Below are positions 1-14,099 of a stretch of 64,000 bases of DNA, in pieces. Numbering within the stretch: the stretch's first letter is position 1; each line of letters opens with the position of its first letter. The notes beneath the pieces were generated by a model. It had not been told where the DNA came from. It saw only the letters and a program-made list of their open reading frames with translations, and ran no database searches. Source of the DNA: the human T2T-CHM13v2.0 reference genome, Homo sapiens. The position numbers and the translations under genes are program-made. The stretch is from the NCBI RefSeq assembly GCF_009914755.1, contig NC_060942.1; one strand, 5' to 3'.

Positions 1-175
1 TTTCATCCTAGGGAGAGAATGACTGCCCATTCATTGTGACCCCCAAAGTAGCAAATGGAAAGAGGAGAACCAGAACATGAAAGGCAAGAGCATTTAAAAT
101 TGTGGCACCATGAATAAATCACTAAGTTATTTCAGTCTCCATTTCCACATTTATTTTAAAACTAGAATTAATACC

Positions 176-580
176 TGATATGATTTGTATGTTTGTCTCC
201 TCCAAATCACCTGGTGAGACATGATTCCTAGTTTTGGAGGTAGGGCCTGATGGGAAGTGTTTGTGTCATGAGAGTGGATATTTCATGAATAGCTTGCTTC
301 TGTCCTCATGATAATTAGTGAGTTCCTGCTCTGAGTTCACACAAGATCTGTTGTTTAGAAGTGTGTGACACCTTCTCCCATTCTCTCTTGTCATGTGATG
401 TGCCTGTTCACCCTTTGCCTTCTGCCATGATTGTAAGCTTCCAGAGGTGTCTGAGAAGCAGATGCCAGCACTATACTGACTATAGAGTCTGCAGAATGCT
501 GAGACAAAATAAACCACTTTTCTTTATAAATTACTCAGCCTCGGGTATTTTTTTATAGCATGCAAAAATATTCCAACACA
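176..580 (+). mobile_element. MaLR solo LTR, MSTB-like
   Basis: TG...CA termini (TGATATG...AACACA), MST-type body, AATAAA near 509, perfect 5-bp TSD ATACC at 171-175 and 581-585. Confidence 0.88.
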
Positions 581-669
581 ATACCTTCCTGACTCACTTC
601 CCAAATTTTATGTAACACTTAAAGAGCGTCATATAACTGAAGGATTTTCCTTGTTCATGAGTACACGTC

Positions 670-1041
670 TGTATTAGTCTGTTCTCATGCCGCTATAAAG
701 AAATACCCAAGACTGGGTAATTTAAAAAGAAAAGAGGTTTAATTGACTCACAGTTCCACATGTCTGGAGGGTCCTCAGGAAACTTACAATCATGGTGGAA
801 GGCACCTCTTCACAGGGCAGCAGGAGAGAGAATGAGTGTGGCAGGGAGAATGCCAGGTGCTTATAAAACCATCAGATGTTGTGAGACTTACTCAGTATCA
901 CAAGAACAACACTGGGAAAACCACCCTATATGACATAATTACCCCCACTTGGTCCCATCCTTGACAGGTGGGGATAATGGGAATTATGGGGATTAAAATT
1001 CAAGATGACACTTTGGGTAAGGACACAGCTAAATCATATCA
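670..1041 (-). mobile_element. MaLR solo LTR, THE1C/D-like
   Basis: Antisense THE1 signature TGTATTAGTC...GGGTAATTTA..AAGAAAAGAGGTTTAATTGACTCACAGTTCC...CATATCA. Confidence 0.88.
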
Positions 1042-2024
1042 CCATCTCATGGTATTTTTAGTTTTGTGGGTCTTGACATAAATCAATCTTTAGGCTCACC
1101 TCTCTATAGTAACAAAAGGCACTGTGTTTACACCAACAGGACATATTAAAAATAAATATATCATTACTAAATTTTAGAATAGAGAAGGGGCTTAGTCTTT
1201 GTCAATTTATGTTGATCCAAGTATTAATTAAGATTACTGTTTCCTTTTCCCAAGATTTTTCAGTTTCATAAATTATTTACTAAACTTTTTGTATGAGCAG
1301 AACTATGTTACTTTGTTTGTGAATCGTAAGAGCAACTTGGACAGGTAGGAGGAAAAACTCACATATTATAATTAGAGGTTAAAGTATAATAGCACATAAA
1401 AAAGCATCAACTTGAATTCTAAACAATAAAAACATATCTGATGCAATTATGAAGAACCTTGGTCACTTAGTGGGAAAAAGTAAATGAGGATTTCTTTCCC
1501 TCAAAGGTATGGGGAAGCAAAATTTTATTAGACCTTAAGCACTATAATGTCTAATGTATGTAATTCTGTGTATCATAGTAATTTAGATGACAAAATTAAG
1601 TCTGAAACATTAAGCAAACCAATTCTACATAACACAATGTGTCCACAGTCACTATTTGTGCTCTGCTCAAAAGGATAACTTATTTTAATTGAGTCTTTGA
1701 TTTAAATAGATATAAGGACATTTAATAAAATTTTCATTAAATATTTCTCTTAAACAGAAAAGACAATTGAACTTATGAGATGATATAAGGGTTATCATAA
1801 TAAATTTAAAATTGGTAGTTGAGTTCACTGTTTTCCTACTGTAAAAGTAGGATTATTGAGGATGGCATAAACAGGAATCAATGTCCCATCCTATCAAGGG
1901 CTTCTGATTCTCTTTTCTCCTCATTGATCTCTTTTTCAACAGGATCAGTGAGGGGAGGTATGCATCATGGGGGAGAAGGGAAGGGTGATTGGAGAAGGGA
2001 AGGATGTATTGTTTCTTCTGATTT

Positions 2025-2460
2025 TTTTAAGTTATCTATCTGTGTTTTCTTGTAGCTCTCTAAGCTTCCTTAAAAGAGCAATTTTAAATTTCTTGCCAGG
2101 CAATTTGTAGATCACCAATTCTTAGTGGTCAGTTACTAAAATGTTACTATGTTTCATCTGTAGTGTCATATTTTCTTGATTGTTCATGTTCCTTAAAGTC
2201 TTGTGTTCCTGTCTTTCCATTTGAAGAACCAGTTACCTCCTGCAGTCTTTACTGACTGGTTTTAGGAAATAAAATCTTTAACCAATCAGCCCAGCTAGGA
2301 ATTTTTTAAGAGTACCTTGAAACTTTTCTATGAATGTACCCATTCCATACTTCTTGTTTCCTCTTGGTAGGAATTCTTAAATTATACGCTTTCTATAAAT
2401 TCCAAAAATCTAGGCCAGGTGTTGAGAGCCTATTTGTTTTTCTTAAGGTGGTGCCCTGTA
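2025..2460 (-). mobile_element. Old L1M fragment (5'/ORF1 region)
   Basis: Resembles antisense L1M ORF1-start sequence (TGTAGCTCTCTAAGCTTCCTTAA...CAGTTACT...CAGTCTTTACTGACTGG); boundaries approximate. Confidence 0.6.
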
Positions 2461-2522
2461 ATGCTCATATTTGTGTAACTTCTCCCAATTCTACAGAGTT
2501 GAGCTGGCTGCAAAAAACACTG

Positions 2523-2536
2523 ATATATATATGCCA

Positions 2537-2575
<39 letters not shown>

Positions 2576-2650
2576 AGAATATATATATATATATGCCAGA
2601 ATATATATATATGCCAGAATATATATATATGCCAGAATATATATATATAT
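2523..2650. repeat. Compound (TA)n microsatellite with five GCCAGA interruptions
   Basis: Read directly: [(AT)n GCCAGA] x5 with variable n. Confidence 0.97.
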
Positions 2651-4083
2651 TCATATTTAACTAAGAAAATGTTAATTAAATCGCAGCATTCATGAATCCA
2701 AGTGAGTAGTTCTTGACACATAAATTTTCCTAACTTAAATTCAATTGATATGTTCTAAGAAGAGAGCTTAAATTAATCTTTGACATGAAGATGAAATTTT
2801 CCCATTTTCAGAGGAACTGGTGCTCTATAGCCATGCTCCTTCCTGATACTTAATTATCTTCTCTCTCACCTGAATGAAATTAACTGTCTTGGACACATAC
2901 ATTCAAAAGATGTGTGCGCTGTGTAGAAGAAAGGAAGATAATAAATTTCTTTTCACTACTTTCCAATTTATGTCTCTTGTCATTGATCAGTTCTGCTGGT
3001 ATATGGGTGAGTATAAATTTCTTATTTGTATAGTACTTGAAAAATTTTTTTCAGTAAAAAAGTAGCTGCTGGCACAGCCTTTGGGAGCTCTTTGAATGTG
3101 AATTTACTTAAACCAAACTACTTGTGGACACTCTCCCCTCTGGATTATTGAGGCCAAGAAGGAGTCCTCGTATGAACTTGCTGAAAACATTTCTGAGAAT
3201 GTTCTTTACAATGCTAATATTTAAAGACAACATGGAAAATCTCATATTGACCCTTGCTTTGCAGAACAAACACTTTGCTTAAAGTGTATAAGTGGGGTCC
3301 AGCAGAGGAAACCCTCTGGTGACATCTTTTGGAATTCTGGTTCATTCTGTAAAGTAAAGCATATTCTACAATTGGGTGAAAGATGAACGTTATAACCTAG
3401 AACTCAAAGTAATATTAGAATTCAAAGTAAATCAATTTGTGAAAGTGCACGATTATTTTGGAGATAGTGATTAGAAATAGTCAGGGGCTATTATGTGTTT
3501 TATTTTTGTTTTGTTTTTCTTCACCTACCACTTCTTGCTATTTACCATTTTCATTTTTTGTAATTAAAAGTTTATTACAGAAATGTCCAAATGCTAAGAT
3601 AACAAAGGTTCATATACACACTCCTCAGAACAAATATCAGTATTTATAAAATATTTTATATTTTATATATTAATAGAATAATATATAACTTGAGATGATA
3701 CCTGAAATTTGTTACAAATAATGTAGGAGAGAAAATGCGTGGGAGTAGGGATGTAACAAATTGACTAAAGCTTGGCAATTGTTTAATACCAGTTATGGAT
3801 ATGTGACTTTCCAGTGGAATTTTGTGAATGTTTGAATTTTTATAATAAAAAGTTTTTAAAAATTATCTAAGTAGCTTCATGTTTTTGCTCTTTTAATATA
3901 TATACCCTACTTTGTTTTTAATAATGACCCCATTTAATTGAACCTTGTACAATTTGCAGAAAAATAACACCATAAATATATTTAAATACCCCTGATTTTA
4001 CTCATCAGTCCCATATTCTCTTTTCTCAGTGCACAAATATAATGTTTTTATATCAGTCCATACTTTTTTAGTTTTATTACATA

Positions 4084-4701
4084 TGGTGGGGATCAGAAAA
4101 TGACACCTCAAAATGAAGGCCTCACAAGCAGCCTCAGAAGCAAAGCGTCCCTCTGACCTTCTTCTGCCCTCCTGTCTCACACCCCATCTCTGCTAAGGCA
4201 AGCCGTAGAAACTAGAATTTCTCTTCCCCAAGGCAGGTATAAAGACAATAACCTCTTTTCCCTAGTGCCAGATATAAAATGTAAAACATTAATTTGACTT
4301 TCCCCACTTCCTGCATAAGAACTGTCCGTTACAAAATTCTCTGACCTATCTTCTTTGATTGTAGGTCATAAGACCATTCTAGAAAGGGTCCTGCCTCTTA
4401 CTGGGAGAAAGAAATGCCACACAGAAAGACCATTTGCCAAGTTTCTCCCCTCAGTCTAGTATTAGATCAGACCTTTCTTGCCAAATAACAGTCCTACAAG
4501 GCTATCTGTACTCCACTGAACATGAAAATGGGTGATTTTCCCAGTATCTTTAGGACTTCATTCTTAATATTTCCATATCATTTAAAACCATGATCAAATA
4601 TATTTATATATATTTTCTTCTATCAACCTGCTTTTCTTTGTCAGTTGATTTTTCAACAAACCTGCAGAGGGCAAAGAGGAAGTTTTCCTTGTGCTCCTAT
4701 A
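4084..4701 (+). mobile_element. ERV1 solo LTR, MER39-like
   Basis: Starts TGGTGGGGATCAGAAAATGACACCTCAAAATGAAGGCC, ends ...GAAGTTTTCCTTGTGCTCCTATA; 4-bp TSD CATA at 4080-4083 and 4702-4705, typical of class I ERVs. Confidence 0.8.
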
Positions 4702-5360
4702 CATACATGTATATCCAGAAATAGTATATTATTTTCAGTATTTTAAAATTTTACATAATGTTATATTCTGCCATATGCAACTTATTTTTCCAATTAATAG
4801 TTTACTTTTAGATTTATCTGTACTGACACAAATAAATCTAATTCTTTCATTTTATATGATGTAGGATAGGCTATTACTAGACATAGCCTCATTTTATTTT
4901 TGTAATATTGCAAATACTGCTGCAACAAACATTTCAGTATACAACTACCTGTGTATCTTTGCAAGAATTCCCCTTGAGTACACACCTAGAGGTAAAATGG
5001 TTGAGTCACAGGCCATTTCATGTTCATCTACACTAGATATAGCCAAATTGCTCCTCGGAGTAATTGGGAGAGTTCGCAAAGTGGGAGAGCTCCTGCTTTT
5101 GGTACATTTTGCTCAATATCTAGAATTGATTAGTTCTAACTTTTTTTTTTTGGCTAATCTGATGGTATCAAACATCATATCATCATCTTAGTTTAATTTC
5201 TCTGGTTATTAGTGAAAATAAACTTGTTTTCAGATGTATCTTAGCCATTCAGATTTTCTCTTTTGTGAATTGCCATTTCATATCTCTTTTTTTTCTATTA
5301 CAACGTTTGATTTTTCTTACTAATTTATAAGAATTATTTATAGGTTCAGGATACTAAACT
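4702..5360 (-). mobile_element. Ancient L1M(E) 3' fragment interrupted by the MER39-like LTR
   Basis: Degenerate antisense L1 3' motifs (TAGCCATTCAGATTTTCTCTTTTGTGAATTGCC..TTCATATC). Confidence 0.6.
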
Positions 5361-6879
5361 GGGATAACTATAATGTAGAGATGATGAAGATGAATGCAGA
5401 TATGTTTCATTGCCAGTCCAAGGTCACTCAAGTGGTAACTATACCCATTAACTATACTTAACTATAAACCCTTTTACTCCCACATTATGCTGCCTTCCAA
5501 TTATCAAATAATAACTCTAAAAATGACTTCTAATACTATTTCTATTTCTGAAACTTCATGGTTTTTTCAACTGGCAAGTTCCTGAAAAAGTAATTTTTCT
5601 TCTATGTAAAATAGTACCTTGTTGATATCGACAAAGGTATGAGGATGCCATCAAGAAAAGCAGAAAATTCAACACCTCTTTTTTTGGACAGAGACATCCT
5701 CCCAGATTTGTAAGGTGTTTAACAATTTAAAATATGAGCCACAGTGTTTATCATGAAATTATTTTCCTGCAGTGGATGCAGCTCCAGCAGTGTAACAGAA
5801 AGGATGCATTTAGGGAGAATGTTAATAAAATGGATCAAATTGCTATGGGTTTCCTGAACCATGTTTGAGTAAGCATAAAAGAGATAAATTTTAACATTGT
5901 ATTTATTTAAAATATAATAATATTAAAAAGTTTATGCTTATTGACATCACCTGGTAAGCAAACCATGTAACATATTAATAAAAAGTTTAGATTAGAAGTT
6001 TGGTACAGGTGCAAGTTGCCAAGCAATAGAACTCTTCCTGTTTCTCCTTTTCTTGTCACAGAATTTTTCTGTTTGTAAAATAACATGATCCTCGTGTCAC
6101 TTTAAAGACTTTGAAGCATCACCACAGGAAAAAATAGTATTCTTTGTTCTCTGAGCAACTCATAGAGACACAGAGAACTCCAAAGAATGGCTGGTCCCAT
6201 TTGGTTTTGCGCTGAGGCAGAAAATAAACCTAAGTGTTCACTCCAGGATTTATCTTTTCTTTTCTTTGAGTATTACATGGACCTTTATCATTCTTACAGA
6301 TCCATAAAGATCTCTGATGTAATGAGCAGCACAGGCATTTCTAGGAGGAGTACAGAAAGTAAATGACAGAATATCATAGATATTCAAGCTTAGGAAATGG
6401 AAGAACAGAAAAAAAGTTTTGAAAGGCAATAAAGATCTTTGCCCTTAACAGTCCATCTTGTGTCACTTTACACGTAATCTGTAGCTTAATAATTCCAAGT
6501 ATGCTGAGTGCTTCTTACAGCTCAGGCACATCCATATGAAATAACATACAAAAATTAATGTATCTATAGACCTATAAAATGAACAAAGGGTTTCTGATGT
6601 CACACTTTTTTTAAGAATTTATCAATCTGGTATTTTATTTATGTTGTTGCGACAATGAACAGCTAACATCACTTACTGCTAATGATGAGTTCATCTAAAT
6701 ATCCAAAACCAAACCAATGAACCTCTACCTCAAGCCTGCAACTCTTTTTCCATTTGCTTATTATGTCAATGACTTCTACCATTTTTTAGTTATCTAGGCT
6801 TAACAAAAAAACCATAAAGTTATTAGTAAATCCTTTCAGTCTTAAATTTTCTATATCAGATTAAATGTAAGCTTTCTTC

Positions 6880-7390
6880 TGAATAACTATAATAGGATTC
6901 AAAATTTACTCACACTGATAATCTGATGTGTTAAGAAAATGTAGCCAATTGGTCCAGTATTGTTTACTAAGATATTATCTGTTTTTTCAGAATTGCTCTG
7001 AGGTGCCTACATTGTCAAAAATAAGGTAGTCCATACATACACTGGACTGCATTTGAGCTATCCAATTTTATCTGTCAGTTGGTCCATCTTTGCAACATGA
7101 TCTTATTTTAATATATCTTTACAATGGGTCTTATATCTAGTGTTGTGTGTCCTCCAGATTTTCTCTTCAAAGTTGCCAAGAATTCACAATTCCAAAATAA
7201 TTTTAGAACTCACTAGTTATATTTTGGGGAAAAAACTTAGATTTTAATTGGGTATATAGATTAATTTGGGGAAAACTGATATTTTAATATTAAGTATTTC
7301 AATATTAATTATAATACATCCCTAGTTTTAAATTTTACCCCCAAAATATTACAAAGAAATCACTGTAGAGGTCTTTGTACCTTCATTAGG
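6880..7390 (-). mobile_element. Ancient L1M ORF2 fragment
   Basis: Antisense motif TATAGATTAATTTGGGGAAAACTGATATTTTAA; boundaries approximate. Confidence 0.5.
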
Positions 7391-7460
7391 TATTTCGACA
7401 TAAAAAATTTTTGATAAAAGAGAGTTTATACTGTGACAAAATAAAGAAAAATTTGGGGAA

Positions 7461-9826
7461 GGTATTAGTCCATTTGTGCATTGCTATAAAGAAGTACCTG
7501 AGATTTGGTAATTTACAAAGAAAAGAAGTTTGATTGGCTTCATGGTTCCACAGACTGTGCAGGAAGCATAGCTGAGGATGCCTTGGGAAACTCACAATTA
7601 TGGTGGAAGGTGAAGGGAAAACACATCTCATGTGCTGAAGCAGGAGGAAGAGAGTGAAGAAGATGTCACAGACTTTTAAAGAATCAGATCTTAGGAGAAC
7701 TCATTATCATGAGAACAGCAAGGAAGAAATCTGCCCCCATGATACAATTACCTTCCACCAGGCCTCTCCTCCAACATTGGAAATTACAATTTGACATGTA
7801 ATTTGGGCAGAAACACAAATAAAAACTGTATCATTCTGCTCCTGTCCCCTCTCAAATCTTATGTCCTTTTCATATTACAAAATGCAACCATCCCTTGTCA
7901 ACAGTGTCTCAAGTCTTAACACATTTTCTCATTAACTCAGAACTCCACAGTCCAAAGTCTCATCTGAGACAAGGCAAGTCCCTTCTGCTTATGAGCCTGT
8001 AAAATCAAAAACAAGTTAGCTACTTCCAAGACACAATGGGGGTACAGGCATTGTGTAAATACACCTATTCCAACATGAAGAAATCAGCCAAAACTAAAGG
8101 GCTACAGGCCCCATGCAAGTCTGAAACCAGCAGGGCAGTAATTAAATCTTAAAGTTTCAAAATAATCTCTTTTGACTCCATGTCTCATATCCAGGCCACA
8201 CTGATGCAATGAGTGGGCTCTCAATGCCTTGGGCATCTCTGCCCCTATGGCTCTGCATGGTACAGCCCCCTAAGCTGCTTTCATCAGCTGGCATTGAGTG
8301 CCTGTGGCTTTTCCATGTATACAGTGAAAGCTGTAAGTGGCTCTAACATTCTGGGGTCTGAAGATTGATGGCCTTCTCACAGCTCCACTAGGCAGTGCCC
8401 CAGTGGGGACCCTGTGTGGGGACTTCAACCCCATATTTCCTCTCTTCACTGCCCTAACAGAGATTCTCCATGAGGGCTCCACCCTTGCAGCAGACTTCTG
8501 CCTGGACATCCAGGTATTTTCATACATCCTGTGAAATACAGGCACAGGTTTCCAAGCCTCAACTTTTGCCCTCTGTGCACCCACATGCTTAACACCATGT
8601 GGGAGCTGCCAAGGCTTATGGCTTGCACCCTCTGGGGCAGTGGCCTGAAATGTATCAGGGGCCCTTTTAGTTACACCTGGAGTTGGAGCAGCTATGATGT
8701 GGGGAGCAGTGTCCTGAGGTTGCTCAGTGCAGCAGGGCCCTGGGCCTGCCCAGGAAACCACTTTTCCCTACTAGGCCTCTGGGCCTGTGATGGGAGGGGA
8801 GGCTACAAAGTTCTCTGAAATGCCTTTGAGGCATTTTCCCTATTGTTTTGGCTATTAACATTCAGCTCCTCTTTACTTAAGCACATTTCTGCAGCTGGCT
8901 TGAATTCCTTTCCAGAAAATGAGTTTTTCTTTTATATCACATGATCAGGATGCAAATTTCCTAAATTTTTATGCTGTGCTTCCCTTTTAAATAAAAGTTG
9001 GAACTTCAGATCATCTCTTTGCTCATGCATATGACATTACACAGTTAGAAGCAGCCAGGTCACAGCTTGGACACTTTGCTTCTTAGAAATATCTTCCACA
9101 TGACACCTTAAATCATCTCTTTCAAGTTCAAAGTTCCACAGATCTCTAGGAAAGGGGCACAATGCCTCTAACCTCTTTGCTAATGCATAACATAGGTGAG
9201 TTTTGCTCCAGTTCTCAGTAAGTTTTTTATCTCTTTTGAGATCACATCACACTGGATTGTCCACATCACTATCAGCATTTTGTTGATAACAATTTAACAA
9301 GTCTCTAGTAAGTTCCAAACTTTCCCTCATCTTCCTGTCTTCTTCTGAGCCTTCCAAAGTGTTCCAACCTCTGCCTGTTACCCAGTTACAAAGTCACTTC
9401 ACCATTTACAGGTGTCTTTATAGCAATGCCTCACTTTCTGGTACCAATTTTCTCTATTATTCAGCTTTTGAATTGCTATAAATAACTACCTGATAGTGGG
9501 TAATTTATTTAAAAAAGAGGTTTAATTGGGTCATGGTTCTGCAGGCTTTATAGGAAGCATGGCTGAGGAGGCCATGCTTATAATCATGGCAGAAGACAGG
9601 GGAAGTCAGCATGTCTTACATGCTGGAGGAGGAGGAAGACAGTGAAGGGGAAGGTGCCACACACTTAAACAAACAGGTTTCATGAGAACTCACTCACTAT
9701 CATGAGGAGAGCAAGGGGGAAATACAACCTCATGATCCAATGACCTCCCACCAGGCCCCTCCTCCAACATTGGGAATTACAATTCAACATGGGATTTGGG
9801 CAGGGAAACAAATTCAAACCATGTCA
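7461..9826 (-). mobile_element. Full-length MaLR element (MSTA LTR-int-LTR)
   Basis: LTRs at 7461-7833 and 9453-9826, about 1.6-kb internal region with MaLR ORF remnant (8270-8761), PBS-like TGGTACC on minus strand at 9440-9446, TSD GGGAA/GAGAA (4/5). Confidence 0.92.
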
Positions 9827-10272
9827 GAGAATGACCAAATTGAGATAGAAAGAAAAGCAACCAAAAGCAAATATATAAGTTCAAAAAATTCAGAGGTAAA
9901 ATAAACTTTTTTTGTGTGACTAGCTATGAAGAATGAAATAGTCAAAGGAATTCATAAGGGCTCAGAAATTTGGGGGTGAGTTAAACTTGGTAGATTAAAA
10001 AATGTGTTTGATTCAGCTGTAGAATGTCATCCAGATGATAATTTCCAATTAGGGGTTGTGAACACAAGTCTGACTATATAAAGTGGTCACTTAACATGTA
10101 AATTCTATGAGATTAGTGAGTTTGTCTTGTTCACCATGATACCCCCAGTTTTCAGTGCTTGGCATATAACAGTTCTCAATAAGAATTTGAGGAATGAAAG
10201 AAAGACAAATGTATTTTTAAAAGAAGGCAGGAAGGAAAGGGAGATAGGACTGGATATGGAGAGAAGAAATAA

Positions 10273-10310
10273 AGAGAGAGAGAGAGAGAGACAAAGAGAG
10301 AAAGAGAGAG
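10273..10310. repeat. (GA)n-rich microsatellite
   Basis: Direct reading. Confidence 0.9.
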
Positions 10311-11545
10311 GTAGATGTGGGAATAGAAAGGGAAATGAAAAGAGAAAAGAATTCTTAGTATATCTCAGAAAAGAGGCAGGCCCTTTTCCAGTAACATAAG
10401 TTATTTTCTCTTAAATAGTTTCATCCTCACTACTCTGATCACGTTTTTCATCTCATTTTCATCTGGAATGTTTAATATGAACATAGTGTAAAAGGGAAAT
10501 TTAGATGTCTTTATTATTGTGAAAATCCTAATAAAAAGGAAATGTGATCATTCAATGAATATTTATTATTTCAGGTTAGTAAGTATAATGATAATAATTT
10601 TTACATTGCAATAAAGCAAGGAATTAGAATGGGTTATTGCTTTTATAGCCCAACATTTATTTCACTTGATTCAGAGGCTTTCACATTATTGCATTTAAGA
10701 AACAATTACTGTAGTATCAGGTTGTCATTTTGTTAAGGTAAAGTGATCTTAAAACTATGACAGTTAAATGCAAATTTTAAAGTAGAAAAATCTCAAATTT
10801 AAATGAGACTAAGTTCTAAAAGTTGTAAGAGTATCATTAGTTTCTCTAAAATAAAAAATAATTTTGAGGCATCTTTTCTATACTAGGAACTAGAAATAGA
10901 ATATAAGGGGATTTTTAGATCAGCCTCTCACCTACAAGCAAAACAAACCCTATTTTATTGCAGAAAGGTAAAACCCTATTCTATTCTTCTATATTTTCCT
11001 TTATTCTTGCCTACACCAGGCTCTAAGTATCCGATGGACCTTTTGCATGAATAATGAACTGAGTCCAAATATCTTTTACACACAACAATTTCCCAGGCCA
11101 GTGACAGAATAAAGAAGCCAGTAGGGAACAAGAGAGAGAATGGAGGCCTGGATAAATCAGGAGTCATTTTAATGGCAGTCAACTATAGTTGTGGCTAGAA
11201 GTGATTATTAGGGAAAGTTTTACTATTACTACATCATATTCTAAGCAACATGGATGGTTTGGTAATGTGACCATAATAAGAAAGATGAAGAAAGGTTATC
11301 TATAACATTTTAACATGGTAGTCAACTTTTCAGAAGGGTAGAACCAAAATAATGGATAAAATTGCAAAAATAGAAAGTATTTAGCTTTAATTCAATCCCA
11401 GTATATTGCAAAAGAAAATCCAAGAGGGAAGAAGCAAATTAATGTTAAACAAAAAAACATGCTGTGTTACCAGTACATTCTCTATTAAAGTTGTTACATG
11501 GGTTATCTGATTTTTCTTTTACTCCTAAAAATGTGACATTATCTC

Positions 11546-12038
11546 TGTATTGGTTTCTTGGGCCTGATATGATGAATTACCACAAGTTTCCTAGGGCTGC
11601 TGGAATAAATTACTGCTAACTCGATGGCTTAAAACAATAGAAATTTCTTGTCTTATAGTTCTGGAGGCCAGAGTCCTGAAATCAAGGTATAAGCAGGACC
11701 GTGCTCTCTCCAAAGTCTCTAAGAAAGAATTCTTCCTCATGTCTTTCAGCTTCTGATGGCTCCAGGTGTACTTTGGGTGAGGGCTTCATGACTTTAATCT
11801 ACTCTGTCTTCACATGGTTTTATCCTCTGCATCTCTCTTCCTTTTTCTTTTTCTCTTCTCTTGTAAGAACTTGTCATCAAATTTAGGGCCCATCCTATTC
11901 CAAGGTGATCTTATCTAGAAATGCTTTAATTAATTCCTTCTGCAAAGTCCTCTTTTTTCAAACAAGATTATAATTTTAGATTTTAGAATTTAGGACATAT
12001 ACATAAGATTTTTGAGGGTCATTATTCAATCTCTTGCA
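11546..12038 (-). mobile_element. MaLR solo LTR, MLT1C-like
   Basis: Antisense MLT1 motif GGCTTAAAACAATAGAAATTT..AGTTCTGGAGGCCAG; TG...CA ends; perfect TSD ATCTC at 11541-11545 and 12039-12043. Confidence 0.85.
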
Positions 12039-14099
12039 ATCTCTATTTTTACCAGTGAGAAAAACGTAACCATAGAAGGTAAATGTCTTCTCAAGAACAC
12101 GTTGGAATTTCCCAGGGGGAATTTAAACTTTGGTCTGTCTGAGACCAAATACTTTATCATTCTACATGACCCAGATTGCAAATTTCAATTGTGATTATAC
12201 TGGCATATCTATTCTATGAAGAAAATCAAAACTGTACTTTTCAGAATACTTTAGTGAGCAGAAATATTAAAATACTACTTAAAATATGAATAATAAACAA
12301 AACAAACAGTATATCACAGGTAATCTAAGATCACGTCAAGCAAATAATGCCAAGAAAAACACAGAAGACCTTGGAGCCATTAGCAGAATAAAAAGGGTAA
12401 GAATTTTGGAAGAAAATGAAGACTTGTTAATAGATTACTTAAAACCTTGAATCTGATTTAACCTTTGGATTTTCTGTCAGGGAAAAGAATCTTTGAACTG
12501 AAAGTGGGAGAAAAAAAATAGACAGAGGACATTGAGGCCTAGGATAGATGAAGGGTTTGAAGGAGAAAAATCAGCTTTTTCACGTCTCCTCACACAGGTG
12601 AATTCAACTAAATATTTAATGTAACTTCTGGTTGGTAAAATTACTAATCTATGTTGGTCAAGTTAAAAAATAATGAGCAGTTAGAGTTCAGCTGGAAGAA
12701 GAAAGTTGTGTACATCATGACAACTTTTAAAAAGGAAGAGATCCACAAATTATGTATATACTCTTTAACTTTCTATCAACCTCTGGGGATATTAGAGAAA
12801 CAATGATTAAAGGATTGCTATTAAGACCTAGAGCCAAATGTAATCATTATTACTCACGATGAAGTCAATAAAGGCCATTCATTCTATACTAGGATTATTT
12901 TTTCAATTGGTATGCAGAAAGAATCTTCAAAATATATTTAGGCTTGAGAAGCTTTAATGTCCCCCTATAACACTGCAGTTCTTAGTCAGATATTAACAAC
13001 TAGTTGAATCATTTTAACCAGACAACTGCTTAACACATCACTGTTTTCCATACATCCACTTGTCTGCACCAGTTTTTGCTGACCCTATCTACCATTCCTT
13101 ACACAATTTTTTAGCCTTCCCTGTCTCCCAGATTTTAGTATCTACCTGCCAATTCATTTGCCATATTGCTGTCAAGGCAATATCCTAATCTATGGAATTG
13201 TTCACCCGAGTCCTTTGTAACCTGATTTTATTCTTATTTTATTTCTTTTCATCAATATTTCCTTATATTTTTATTTTAGTTATTTATTTTACTAAATGAG
13301 CCCTGAAACTTATTGATTCTATGACTTTGCTCATTTTTCCTTCTGATAACAACCTAGTCATGCTTTAAGGGTCTAGTACAAATGTTATGATTTCTTAAAG
13401 CTTTATTTTTCTGGTTGTCATAACCATCTCAAGTCTATGAATAAATTATACCAACATCTGTTCTTTCACTCAAATTGTATAAATGCATCTATTAAGAAGC
13501 GATGACTTTTTTGGTTTATTTTTCATTTTATCTTTCCAACTAGACTCTGAACAATTTTACAATAAACCTATTTTAACAATATCCTTAGTATCCAGACACT
13601 GGCACTTAGCAGATGCCAACTAAACATATATTTTACAACAAACATAAATGTTCCTTGTTCACTGGAAGAAAGTTAATCATCTAATTGTTTTGAAAGCATG
13701 AATCATTTCTGTGAATAATAGCATTTCTTCACCCAGTATGTGTTTAGTCCTTGGCTAGATATCCACCTGGTAGAAATATTATAAAAGAAATTTTAGTATG
13801 ATATAGTGGCTAAATTACCCCATGTGTTCAAGTTTTCAAGTCTGAGGTCCTATTTTCACTAAATTCTTTCAAAGATTAAATACTGTCACTTCCTTTCTAA
13901 CAAATTTACCCATATTTATAGTGTATCATTGTTAATTTTTAATTTGGTTAATATACATATAACTAAAAAATAATATTATATGAGTATTCATAGCCTTCTA
14001 CATTTTTCTGAGTGTAAAACAGAATTCCATTTGCCTTTCACTTTAGCCTCTAACTCAACTGCGAAGAAAACTATTGTTGCCTATTCCAGTGGAAGGTGT

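Noticed and set aside
2334-2721. Overlapping IY-rich ORFs and a repeat-spacer look resembling CRISPR
   Set aside because: These are translations of a (TA)n microsatellite. The spacers are plain AT runs, there are no cas genes, and the DNA is primate.
8270-8818. 163-aa and overlapping ORFs
   Set aside because: They are decayed MaLR internal ORF sequence, not a host gene.
11553-11620. Diverged duplication of about 33 bp at the MLT1C end
   Set aside because: It is old and, as I recall, probably part of an MLT1C subfamily consensus.
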